NCBI GenBank assembly: GCA_002633005.1
Contig: NMRA01000098.1
Span: 495,435-559,434 of the forward strand
From: Phoronis australis
Taxonomy: Eukaryota > Animalia > Phoronida
Direction of reading: 5' to 3'
Length of the DNA: 64,000 nucleotides
Numbering within the stretch: the first letter of the stretch is position 1; every line of letters begins with the position of its first letter. Of this stretch, positions 53,711-64,000 are shown piece after piece. The notes beneath the pieces are model-generated. The model was not told the DNA's origin, ran no database searches, and worked only from the letters and a program-made list of their open reading frames with translations. Position numbers and translations under genes: made by a program.

Positions 53711-54362
53711 GTGAGTGGGGGCGTGCTTGTGCACTTTAGCTTTTTTGACGAGTTTTGGGTTCTTTTCACCTTTTTTATTTCTGTTTAGTAAAGCATGGCA
53801 GTGGTATAAGCAGGTGCTTGTAGTTAAAAGGACACAGAGTGTCTCGTTGTCTGTTTTGATGATAAAATGTAGGTTTTGTTATAAAAGGCATGGATCATAA
53901 TAGTGAATGAGGACAAATGTTCTTGAAAGCTTAACTTTTTTGAAACCATAACACTAGAGTAAGAACAGAATGGTGATCCCCGCAGAGTGACCATGGTGAG
54001 ATGAGAGTCTGGCACGTGTACCATTTGAAAGTGCATGTAGTTTTGCTAGGACTGCGTAGGGTATTTCAACTCTTTAGTTGTAATTTGGTTTGGCATTTCT
54101 GTCATGACCCTCTTTTGCTGACAACATTGAAGGTGTATAGTTCTCTCTCCATGCAAGGATCTGCAGAAATGGTCTGACGTGCACAGACAGGGGGCGCTTG
54201 ATGTTCTTCCATTACTGGGATACTAAATTGCCGGTTGCTAAGTGGTTGTCTGTAACCCATTCTGGGTCCAGGTCTGCCCTCTCCGTAATCTCCCATGGAC
54301 TTTGTGTAGTGAAATGTCGCTTATAACGTTTTGTATTATTGAGATTCTTTACTTCCCTGCAG

Positions 54363-54485
54363 ACATTGACGAATGTAAGGAAGGACGTCACTCATGTAGT
54401 GATCCGCTCACCTGCCATAACACTGACGGCTCGTACAGGTGTCAGTGTCCAGAAGGATTCTATGGCAGTGGTGACATATGCAAAG
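54363..54485 (+). CDS. exon, calcium-binding EGF domain DIDECKEGRHSCSDPLTCHNTDGSYRCQCPEGFYGSGDICK
   Basis: Canonical DIDEC and CxNxxGSYxC motifs. Acceptor ttccctgcag, donor AAG|gtatgt, phase 1 to 1. Confidence 0.96.
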
Positions 54486-57400
54486 GTATGTGACATCATA
54501 GTCACTGGAGCATTATGATGGTAGAACATTAATACAAATTCTGCAATATAAAGGATTGCTTTGAATTGTATTGCACATTTACTTTAAAGTTAAAAATTCC
54601 TTTAGGCGGTAGTTAAACCAGTCAGGCTTTTTATATACAGTCTCACATAGTGTTTGTCTTAGAATGATAATAATCTAAGTAATTCAACTGATCAAAGTGG
54701 AGTTTTGATGTTAAAGCTCTTTATTGGCATTTTGGTATGACCACATGTAGTAATTTATGCTCTTGCAGTTCTTATGTCTTGTAATTTTTAACACGAAGCT
54801 GTCATTTTACAGTTTTGTCCTCAGAATATAGGCACTTGAACAGTAAATAGTGGAATGTGGATAGTTTTTTATGATATTCTGCTTACTCGCTTTAATATGT
54901 TAACTAAATTGCTGCTCTGTATGTGCTCTCTAGTTCATCAGATGCATGTGCACAAATTACTAGACAGTGACAGTTTTCATATAGTAACGGTTCCACTATT
55001 TGTGCTAGCTAGTTAACACTTCAACTTTTTGCATGCTTACTAGTATCCATATAGTTTGGCTAGATATTGGTAGAAACAGGAAAATGAAAGCATGCTTTAC
55101 GTGTGTAGTTCAAACAATAACACTTTCATGCACAGCTACAAAGATCTTCTTACCTAAAGCATGCTTCAGTCAAATACACTCAACTTTCCACTGTGAAATT
55201 TTCTCATTTCTAATAAATTTGAAGATTCTTTTGTTTCCTGTATAGTGCTTAAAAACAACAAATATCTTTTCACCTCTGTCCTAACCAAGGTTCAACATTT
55301 TTCCACCTTTAGTTTCTCATTTCTATAATTGTGTACTTAAGTGGTCCCTGGATCATGTATACTTTTCAGGTGCTTGTTGCTGTAAGTGTATTGTTAAAAC
55401 ATGACATTTCTAACCAAGTCCAAGTAGTTTTGAACTTTTTCTGTAAAACCAGTCAAAAATTTCTTCATACCATGCGTTAGCTAAATGCGAGATCATACAT
55501 GCCATAGCAACAATGTTGCATTGCCAATTGTCACGTTGATGAATAACAGTTGCCATATAGTTACGTGTCAGAAGTGTCGCGTGGACGCTTCAGAATTGTC
55601 ACTGATCCTAGTTGTCACGGTGATGCACCAGCATTTACATGGTCACGCTGACTCATAGATCTACCTGCGTGCTCTTTTAGCGTGTCGAGAAGAGTGTCCC
55701 ATGGGACAATTCGAATCTGTTCAGTGTACACCCGCTAGTGATAGGCAGTGTCGAAGTAAGCTTCTACTCAATGTTGTGATTCCTCCTTTAATGTGCACTG
55801 TGCACCGTTTTACCCATGCTTTTCACAATTTTGCTTAATTTCATTTCTCCATTGTTTGTTAGTCAATATTGCCATGGTGGAGAAATGCAGACAGGATCAG
55901 GCACCAAAAAGAAATGTGACAAAATGTTGCCATTATACCTGTGTTCCTAATAGTTTCTGAGCTCACTTTCAAGCAACAGGTTGTGTCATGACGTGACTAG
56001 ATAATGTGCAAGTTTTAGTATTTGGGTTGCAATTGTGCCCCACTTCCAATAATTGTAATTTACTATTGCTGTGATGAACTTCCAAACGTTCTGTATATTT
56101 AAATTTCCTTGTTGGTACAAAGGCAAAAAGTTTTCTTAATCTTATTTGAGCTTCCCAGCTGTGCACCACTGTTACTTCATGGGTAGTGGGGCTGTGTCTG
56201 CTATGATCCTGTTGCTATTCTGATGAACTACGTATCCGTAAAATAACACAAGCAAGAAAAAGTAAAACCGTTTTTAGCCTTTGAACTGTAAGGCATTTCT
56301 CCTTCATAGGCTTTCATTTGGTGTTGTGTTTTTGTATAGTATGTTTTATTTTTTATTTTGTGGTGGTTTTGTATTGTTTTATAGATGTGTTGCATAATTC
56401 CAGTTTAAAAGCATGCTGGGTGTCATATGTTTCCTATTTCTCTGTGGAAGTGGCTGTAAACTCACGTTCTGTCAAAGAAATGAATTTTTATTTAAATCTG
56501 ACTGCTCTGAAGTTGGTCACAATTTGTTTTTTATTCAGATGGCAAGTGATTTCTGGGCTTGCAAAAAACGGACATTTCAATATTCATTGAGACCATGCTC
56601 ACTCAGCCTGTGTATATAATTACTGGTCATTACTAGCCAACTTGTAGATCCTCAGGTTTGGACTAACAACGACCTCTCAGTTGTTTCGAAGCCCTGAAGT
56701 TGCCTTCAATTTGACTGTAGCAGTGGTCAGCAAGCGGGCCGATATGGACCCCCAGGGGTCGATAAGAACTTTGAGGAGGTAGATAATAACCAGGGGGTCG
56801 GTGACATTTCAGGGGGTCTGTCAATAACAGAAATGGAAAGCAAAAACATTGAACTAGACCTACAAGATGAGCTTACTGATATATGTGTGTTGACCTAGAG
56901 ATGAAATCACTGCTTGCTGTCAATAGTCTTGCAGACTACTGGACCAATGTGGATATTACAAGCAAATATACCAAGCTTTCTGCTACAGCCCAGGCATTTC
57001 TCCTCACGTTTTCCATGTTCCTACATGATGGAAGTAGGATTTAGTTAATCCAATACTGTTTTGACAATACAACTGAACACAGAGGAGCGTGATGATTTGA
57101 GACTTAGAACGGACTAGCTAATCATCAGTCCAATATTAAATAGTGCTCTGTAGTGGCCATCAAAGGCATCCTTTCATGGTTGAAGTTGTATGTTAATTAC
57201 TGTTCTTACACTATACTGATAACAGACCAAAAACGTTCATAGTGGGGTCTAAAGTCAAAAAAGATTTGCGACTATTGAACTATGGAATAATTTGAGACCC
57301 TGAGTTTCTGAGTGGTCTAAATCAAAAGTTGTTTTTGATGGAAGGTGGGTTTATGGCTGCTTTTAATGTATTACTTTCACAAGTTTTGATTTTAGACGTA

Positions 57401-58336
57401 ATGAGCATTGAGGTGATGGGACAATTGTCAGACTAACACTATCCACTGTATAATCTTGTTAATTTGAAATAATAGTAATCGCTAAACTTGCTTTTTGCAT
57501 AAGGTGTTGTTAATTTGGTAGTGAATGTACACAGTTGTATAACTGTTCACAAAAGACTCTGATGGTTACTGGAATTTCATTTGAGCAGGTCAAACCAGTA
57601 CTTTGTTACAATACTTGTCTTTTGTGAGAAAAAGAAGAAAACAGAATTTCGATATGATTCTTCATCTTGTGTCTCACATTGGTGGGATTTTACCATGACC
57701 ACAACTTGAATTTTTTGTTACTCTATTTTTATTTGTACTTTGTCTTGCATAACAATTGTTAGTTTGCATGGTCGTCTACTGTTGACAGTACTGTATGTTC
57801 AAAGATAAATTTCTCCTTAGTATGATATGCTAGAACTCCTGTCTAGCACCAAGTAATCAGACATTTTGTTTAACACCATGTAGAAATAATTTTACCTGCT
57901 TCATTGTGTAATTATGTCCCTTGACTTTGTTTACATTTGTGACTTCCTGCATAGAGACTGTGTCATATAGGTATGCGATTACATAAACAGGACTTCTTTT
58001 TCAAAATAACCAAATAGTAGATACAATTAGTAACAGCATGCCTCCAAGACAAAGTCAACCCATCTTGTTCCGTGTTAGTTTTCCAATTAAAAGCTTATAA
58101 TATTATTTTAAATGACATGGTTTTATTAAAATCGCAGACAAAAACATGCTTAAAAGTGGGTCCACCTATATTAATAAGAGTGTCCTGCTCTTCGGCTACC
58201 TTCAGCCGTAACCTCTATATTAATATAGAGATCCCCACTTCTGAAGCCCAAAATTTTGCTTGTGTCATTTTAATACAAATAAGTCATTTAAAATAATAAG
58301 CTGTTTATTATGAAAAATTGTCTCCTTTGTTTTCAG

Positions 58337-58408
58337 CTTGCGGAAAGTGTTCACAAGATATGTATGAAGCAGTGTCTTGCTCACCTACAACCAATACCCA
58401 ATGTCTGC
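58337..58408 (+). CDS. exon, TNFR-type cysteine-rich half repeat ACGKCSQDMYEAVSCSPTTNTQCL
   Basis: CxxC-x9-C-xxxxNTxC pattern typical of the B module of TNFR cysteine-rich domains. Acceptor tttgttttcag, donor TGC|gtaagt, phase 1 to 1. Confidence 0.88.
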
Positions 58409-58503
58409 GTAAGTTATAAGTCATCCCAGGCAATATAACATGAACAATACCCAATGTCTGCGTAAGTTATAAGTCATCCCAGGCAATATAACATGAACAA
58501 TAC
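58392..58503. repeat. 53-bp perfect tandem duplication spanning the exon 3' end and splice donor
   Basis: caatacccaatgtctgcgtaagttataagtcatcccaggcaatataacatgaa at 58392 and 58445. Confidence 0.95.
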
Positions 58504-58754
58504 AGTAAACTGCAGACATTATTTGATATGAAGCTGCCTCTGTCAATTAGACCACTTCAGGTTATGTAGGACCTTACTGACAAGTCTGTGCAGTTAGAAA
58601 AATATCTACAAATTATAGATCTCCAATCAGTAAACGTAGAAAAAATGAAGCAATTACTGGACTTACTACGTTGTGTCCTCATCTCAAGAACTTTGGCTGG
58701 CCACTGAGGTGTCACATGACTCATTATGTGATCGACAGTACAGTTTGTGCGGGT

Positions 58755-59140
58755 TACCCTTCAGCGCCCTATCTCAAGTTCTTGGTAGCAAAAACCTCAG
58801 GCACTCTTGTCTGTTTAAACTGGGATTCATCACTCATTCATTCATTGCCTCCTTAACCCCTCACCTGAACCAGTTTTCTTCCCCATCTAGAATTGTAACA
58901 ACCTCTATGGAGAAAGATGGTCCAGCCATGAGAGTGAATACTGCCAAATCATTACAATCTCCATAACTGGGTCTGCGATGTTGACTGATCCGAATTTTCA
59001 GGGCTTGCTTGGTTTCACCAATATAATTATGTTTCCTCACATCCTGGATTCGAGCATGAAATACAGTGCACAACATTGGATATTTTCTCTTTCGCGGTCT
59101 TATCCTTGATATTTATTAACTGGCTTCTTATTGTTCTCTT
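58755..59140 (-). mobile_element. Penelope-like retroelement relic, GIY-YIG endonuclease region
   Basis: Minus-strand translation with a stop and frameshift: RTIRSQLINIKDKTAKEKISNVVHCISCSNPGCEET*/YIGETKQALKIRISQHRRPS...ILDGEENWFR*GVKEA..., matching Penelope GIY-YIG motifs. Confidence 0.85.
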
Positions 59141-59945
59141 AACTCAATCCGTAAGTCCAGTAATTGATACAGTTTTTCTATATTGTCTACTCAACTGGAT
59201 GACTGACAGAATTCATCGTATTAAATCAGTAAAAGTATGGAAGGAGGAAGCCTACAGAATTTGATTTTTACTTCATGCCAATCCGCCATTTATTGGGTGG
59301 CGTCACTATGTCTTTTTAGTAAAGGTACATTCATAGAAAACGACTGTTTCAAGAATTTCATTTTTTATATTGGGAGGAGAAAATTTTCTCTTGTGAAAAT
59401 ATGTCTGCAGTGAAATTTGTGAACGGTATTGGTAGTCTCTTTTGTTACAGTATAATTACAAACTAACTTAATGCATGAAACGTGGCCATTTAAGTCGCAT
59501 TTTATCTATATTCATGTTAATTGGAGTTGTAACTCCATGTCAGTGCCAAAGTATCTTAAAGGGATACTGCATCATTCAGCAGCAGCCTGTGTATCGTCTA
59601 TTTGCCGTAACTGGTCATTTCAAACAAACTCTTACTACGAGCTGCACGGTTACCATATACCGCAAAAATTGTTACCGTGGTACAGGACTTATACCACAGA
59701 TCTCAAAAACTTTCCAGGACCTGGTTACACAATGCCTTATTTGCCCACAGTAGGGGTGCTTTGTGTGTGGTTGATGCTCAGGTTGAATGGAAAGTTTTCT
59801 GTCCAGTTTCAGAGTTGTGCAGCTGATGGTGAGGATTTGTTTCCCCTTTGTGTAAACACTCCGTGATATATTATAGTGTGTCACAAGCTTTAGTGCTGGC
59901 CTGCAGCTATCGTTCTCTTTATGGAATTTGGATTTCTGATTTCAG

Positions 59946-59999
59946 ATGTCGGTGATCCTTTAATGTGGCCCAAGAAAACCAAGGATGAGAAAGTATCGA
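59946..59999 (+). CDS. exon (H)VGDPLMWPKKTKDEKVS
   Basis: Acceptor tttctgatttcag, donor CGA|gtaagt, 54 nt, phase 1 to 1. Confidence 0.75.
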
Positions 60000-60029
60000 G
60001 TAAGTTATGTTTGTCTGAGAAACACTCAT

Positions 60030-60230
60030 CTCAGCGCATCATTATATTTGACTGAGATGCAGTGATTTCAAGACACCATATATGTTTGGCTGAGTGCACG
60101 ATTGTCTGAGATAAGCTGATTACATTACAGCATGCCATTATGTTAGACTGAGATATACTCTGGTTTCAGTATGCCATTATGTTTGGCTGAGATACTCTGG
60201 TGTCAGCATGCCATTATGTTTGACTGAGGT
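60030..60230. repeat. degenerate ~37-40-bp minisatellite
   Basis: Repeated catgccattatgttt.g.ctgagat units. Confidence 0.7.
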
Positions 60231-60296
60231 GTGTTGAAGTCTTTACAAATATCTTGTTTAGTTGCAATTCTAGTTTCCAAATCGGATGTTGCTCTT

Positions 60297-60490
60297 ACAG
60301 TCTTTCAGGCTGAAATTGTTGCCATTCACCAGGCTGCCTAACTGGAAAGGGAGCACGAAGCAGTCCTTCGAAACAAGGAACTCTTCATACTCTCAGACAG
60401 CCAAGCAGCTATTAAAGCTCTAACTAAGCCCAAGATCAACTCCTGTTGTGTCCAGGCCTTTGTACATGAGCTTACCAGTCCTAGCAGCTA
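60297..60490 (+). mobile_element. RNase H domain relic of a non-LTR retrotransposon (LOA/I-group-like)
   Basis: TVFQAEIVAIHQAA*...LFILSDSQAAIKALTKPKINS matches the AE and SDSQAA motifs of retroelement RNase HI. It contains an in-frame stop. Confidence 0.8.
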
Positions 60491-60649
60491 GTACAGATTT
60501 GTTCAGTCTGGGGCTTAAACAGAACAACTAAGAGACTTCAAACTTGGCTTGGATTTAATGGGCACAGCTTGAAGTCGCTGAATGTTTTTATCACTTGCTT
60601 AAAGACATATTTTTCCCATCAATGCAGAACCAATTACCATCTATTGCAA

Positions 60650-62826
60650 TTTTTATGCGCCCACATATTTGTTTGTGGTCGCATATTGTCGTCATCTCTG
60701 TCTGTCCGGTCGTCCAGTGTCCGGCGTCCGCAGCTGTATCTCCTAAACCCTTCACAGGATCTTGATGAGATTTAGCAGTTGCATTCCTATGAAGCTGACG
60801 ACAGATGACAATGAATTTCAGACCTCTCCCACTACCAGTGTGCCCCCTAGTGGCAATTTAATTTTTCACGCTTACCTCTGTATCTTTGGAAGTCGTCAAT
60901 GTAGTTTCATAAAATTTGACATATAGGGATCTATTAGTGAGATGAAACTATCCTCTCATTTTCGGATGGATTGGACATAGTTTGCGCCAGCTAGTGGCCA
61001 TTTTTACTGTTTTCGAGTCTTTTTCTTGGCGTCCACCTCTCTATCAACCAAACCGCTCTAAGGATGATTGTGAAAATTGGCTTGTATGTTCTTACCATGA
61101 AGAGGATGGCTGATGATGATTTTCCGACGACTACAACTACTGTGGTGCCTCCTAGTGGCAGTTTTTTTGTGCCCATGGCTGTATCTCCTAAACCGTTTGC
61201 AGGATCTTTCAGGGCTTGGAATTTTCCGCGGAAACGCGGATTTCCGCTTTTTTCAAATGTTCTGTCCGCGTATTTTATTATATTTCCACGTAAAAAAAAT
61301 CAGATTTGATATAAAATTTCGGCGGCAAATTTCTTTCTTACCGCCGCGTTGCCGATGACTTTCTCCTGGAAAAGCGAAAGTTGCTCTTTATGTTCCGGAG
61401 GAACGTAAATTGTCAACATTGCCGGGTTATCTGGGATAGCGTGGTGGATTTCCTGAATGGCGGCTCGTGTGATTGTAAACCGCGGTGACAAATACTACGA
61501 CTCCGTAGCCAAAAATTTTTTTTTTTTTGGTCCTCTCGATTTTTGCCGGCAAAAGGTGCACATCGACTTTTTCAAGGGTGGCTGCGCGCATGTTTCGGGC
61601 TGTAAAAATTTCCGCGTTTTTCGCCATTTGTCATGCCAAGCCCTGATCTTTACGTAACTTAGCATGTGTATTTGTATGATGTTGACAACGAACAGTGACA
61701 ACTTTTGCACATATTGAATGTCCAGTGCTCCCCCTAGTGGTAATTTTAGTTTTTTACGCTTACCTCTGTATCTTCGGAAGTCCTCAATGTATTTTCATAA
61801 AATTTGGAATATAGGCATTCCTTAGTGAGATGAAACTATCCTCTTGTTTTCGGATGGATTCGACATAGTGGCCATTTTTCTGGTTTCGAGTTTGTTTTTT
61901 GGTGTCCACCCCTCTATCAACCAAACCGCTCTAAAGATGATTGTGAAAATCGACATGTATGTTCTAATCATGAAGAGGATTATGGCTTACAATGATTTTC
62001 TGACGACTTCGACAACTATGGCGCCTCCTAGTGGCAGTTTTGTGTTTTTTGCGCCCATGGCTGTTAATCTCCTGAACAGTTTGCAGGATCTTTACTAAAT
62101 TTAGCAAGTGTATTTATATGGTTTTGACCATAAACGACGACAATTTTCGCACGGATATGACCGCCAGTGTCCCCCCTAGTGGCAATTTTAGTTTTTTATG
62201 TTTACCTCTGTGTATTCAAAGGTCCTCAACGGAGTTTCATAAAATTTGGAATATAGGCATGTATTGTTGCGGTTACACTATCCTCTCATTTTCATATGAA
62301 TTCGAGGTATTTTGTGCCACCTAGTCATGTTTACTGTTTTCGAGTCTGTTTTTTTGGCGTCCACCCCTCTATCAACCAAACCAATTTAAGGATGATTTTG
62401 AAAATTGGCGTGTACACAGTGTGAGGAGGACGGTTACGCTGACAACTTCGGTTTCTGTGGCACCTCCTAGTGGTGGTTTTGTTTTGTTTTGCGGCCATAG
62501 CTGTATCTCCTAAACCCACTGAGGGATCTTTATTAAATTTAGTAAATGTATTTATATGAAGCTAACAATAGACAGCGACTTAGAGGGGCACAGTGTCCTC
62601 TAGTGGGAATTTCATTTTTTTTGCTTTCCTTTGTTTCTCTGAAGTTCGTTGACAGATTTTTATGAAATTTGGTGAATAGCGTTCTATTAAAGAAGCGATG
62701 ACATGTACCGTTTTCAGATGGATTGGACGGTTTGCACCACCTAGCGGTCATTTTTATGAACAACGTTAGAAGCACTTCATTTGCAGTGCATTCGTGGGTG
62801 CATTTCAAGGCTCTGTGTTGCTCTTG
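60650..62826 (+). mobile_element. HINE-like element, copy 2, with about 11 internal subunits and a nested insertion
   Basis: Same 5' end (tttttatgc.cc...catattt), gtcc-type microsatellite, ABC subunits and 3' end (gcattcgtgg..gcatttcaa...ttgctcttg) as 12381-13669. Confidence 0.82.
61210..61645. mobile_element. 436-bp hAT-like MITE nested in the HINE-like copy 2
   Basis: TIR CAGGGCTTGG...CCAAGCCCTG, flanked by duplicated atcttt. The empty site ggatctttac is seen in sister subunits (about 12940 and 62085). CpG-rich. Confidence 0.85.
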
Positions 62827-63102
62827 TTATAGTTTGATTAACGTATTATTCAAAGACGTATATTTTCACAAAAATAGAAACAGTGTATATTTGAAAATGA
62901 ATGGCAGAATTTCACTCGAAGTCTTTGGCGTTGTAATTGTATACAGTGTGTGTGTGGTGTGATTGTGTACCTCTCCATTATTTAACCTAACAAGTATTTA
63001 GGTGTTTGATACATTGTTGCAGGAGTTTTTTCTGTATTACATGTTTGCATATCCAATAAAAACAATTAAAAGACTTTAAACTTGGTTAAAATCTCTTTCC
63101 AG

Positions 63103-63403
63103 GTGATCCATCTCGTGAGATCTCTCGGTGGACGCAATCTGACAATCTGTTCGTGGACGACATATTGCACTCCAGCCGAAAAGAAGCGATGTTCCCCTTG
63201 TCGGACAACCATCAGAAGCGAGACATCCAGTGGAGCCGCCCTTCAGGCTTAGTCATCAACGTGAAAATGACAGACATTAACCTGGTGCCTCAGTACGAGG
63301 ACGTCGACCATTACAGTGACAATCTGTACGTGAAGGAGGCTCTAAAGCGCTACCCAGAGCAATATCGTATCGCCTACAACGATTTATTGACTTCCTATTG
63401 TAG
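63103..63403 (+). CDS. exon, unrecognised extracellular region SDPSREISRWTQSDNLFVDDILHSS...YNDLLTSYCR; the gene continues beyond the window
   Basis: Acceptor atctctttccag, donor TAG|gtgagc, 301 nt, phase 1 to 2, open GC-rich frame. Confidence 0.9.
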
Positions 63404-64000
63404 GTGAGCACTGTCTTGGTCTGTTTTTAGAGAACGCGGGGACATATTGAAATAAATTGTTTTATTTGGTGGTGATGTAGTGTGTGGTGGATGGGATTCA
63501 TCACCATCCACAGTTCCACTGTATTTGGGTGCAGATTTGAGAGTTGCATTTTATAAGGTTATCTAGGACCCTCGAACATCATATCTCACACATGTCTGAT
63601 TGTATTCACATGAAGCCTTCAGATACTGTGCTTGATACACTGTTCTCTGGAGTGCCGCTAGGAATTGTTTTGAAAATGTTTCACTTTGCCGTGAGGGGCT
63701 AACAAAAATGGGACTTTCGAATTTAATGAAAATGCTCAAAATTTGCATATGACGAAAATGTAGTGATTATTCAGACAATTGGAACAACATTTTTGAGATT
63801 TCATCTTGAATATTTGTGTCAAACAAAATTTGATCAAAAATTGTTATTGATATCAGTGTTTGCTATGAAGTTTGTTTCTGCCTAAATTTCAATAAAAACA
63901 CAGGATCAGTGACCCATTTAAGGTACATTATTATGATCTCAACATCAAATTCTACAGGCTTTCTAATTAAAGAAAATGTGTACTTTTAGTGAGTTAAATT

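Noticed and set aside
55370-55381. 12-nt microexon-like site cag|gtgcttgttgct|gtaagt
   Set aside because: Weak exonic donor context, and it would add adjacent cysteines between the EGF and TNFR modules.
59471-59866. Two overlapping ORFs of 131 and 92 aa
   Set aside because: No domain match by eye, no strong splice pair, and not needed for frame continuity.

Overview
This is eukaryotic, AT-rich, intron-dominated DNA, probably from a marine invertebrate (inferred from the repeat types). It has two assembly gaps, at 32078-32415 and 51078-51727. The window holds the middle of one large plus-strand spliced gene. Twelve GT-AG exons (11610-63403) join in one phase-consistent, stop-free frame, and two further candidate exons lie upstream. 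The deduced protein reads: type-I transmembrane helix with a polybasic stop-transfer; a Ser/Pro-rich loop of about 210 aa, predicted cytoplasmic; a second, signal-peptide-like hydrophobic segment; then an extracellular region with an EGF-like domain, a calcium-binding EGF, a TNFR-type Cys half-repeat and an unrecognised domain. I cannot assign a gene symbol. A 6-nt candidate microexon with UGC motifs lies in the 23.7-kb intron after the TM exon. The introns carry many mobile-element remnants. These include a CAC...GTG element with a 5-bp TSD, two copies of a HINE-like element carrying phased CTCF-like motifs (one with a nested hAT-like insertion), Tc1/mariner and Harbinger-like MITEs, a small hairpin family, SINE heads, Penelope GIY-YIG and RNase H relics, and several minisatellites. 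There are no prokaryotic features and no CRISPR array.
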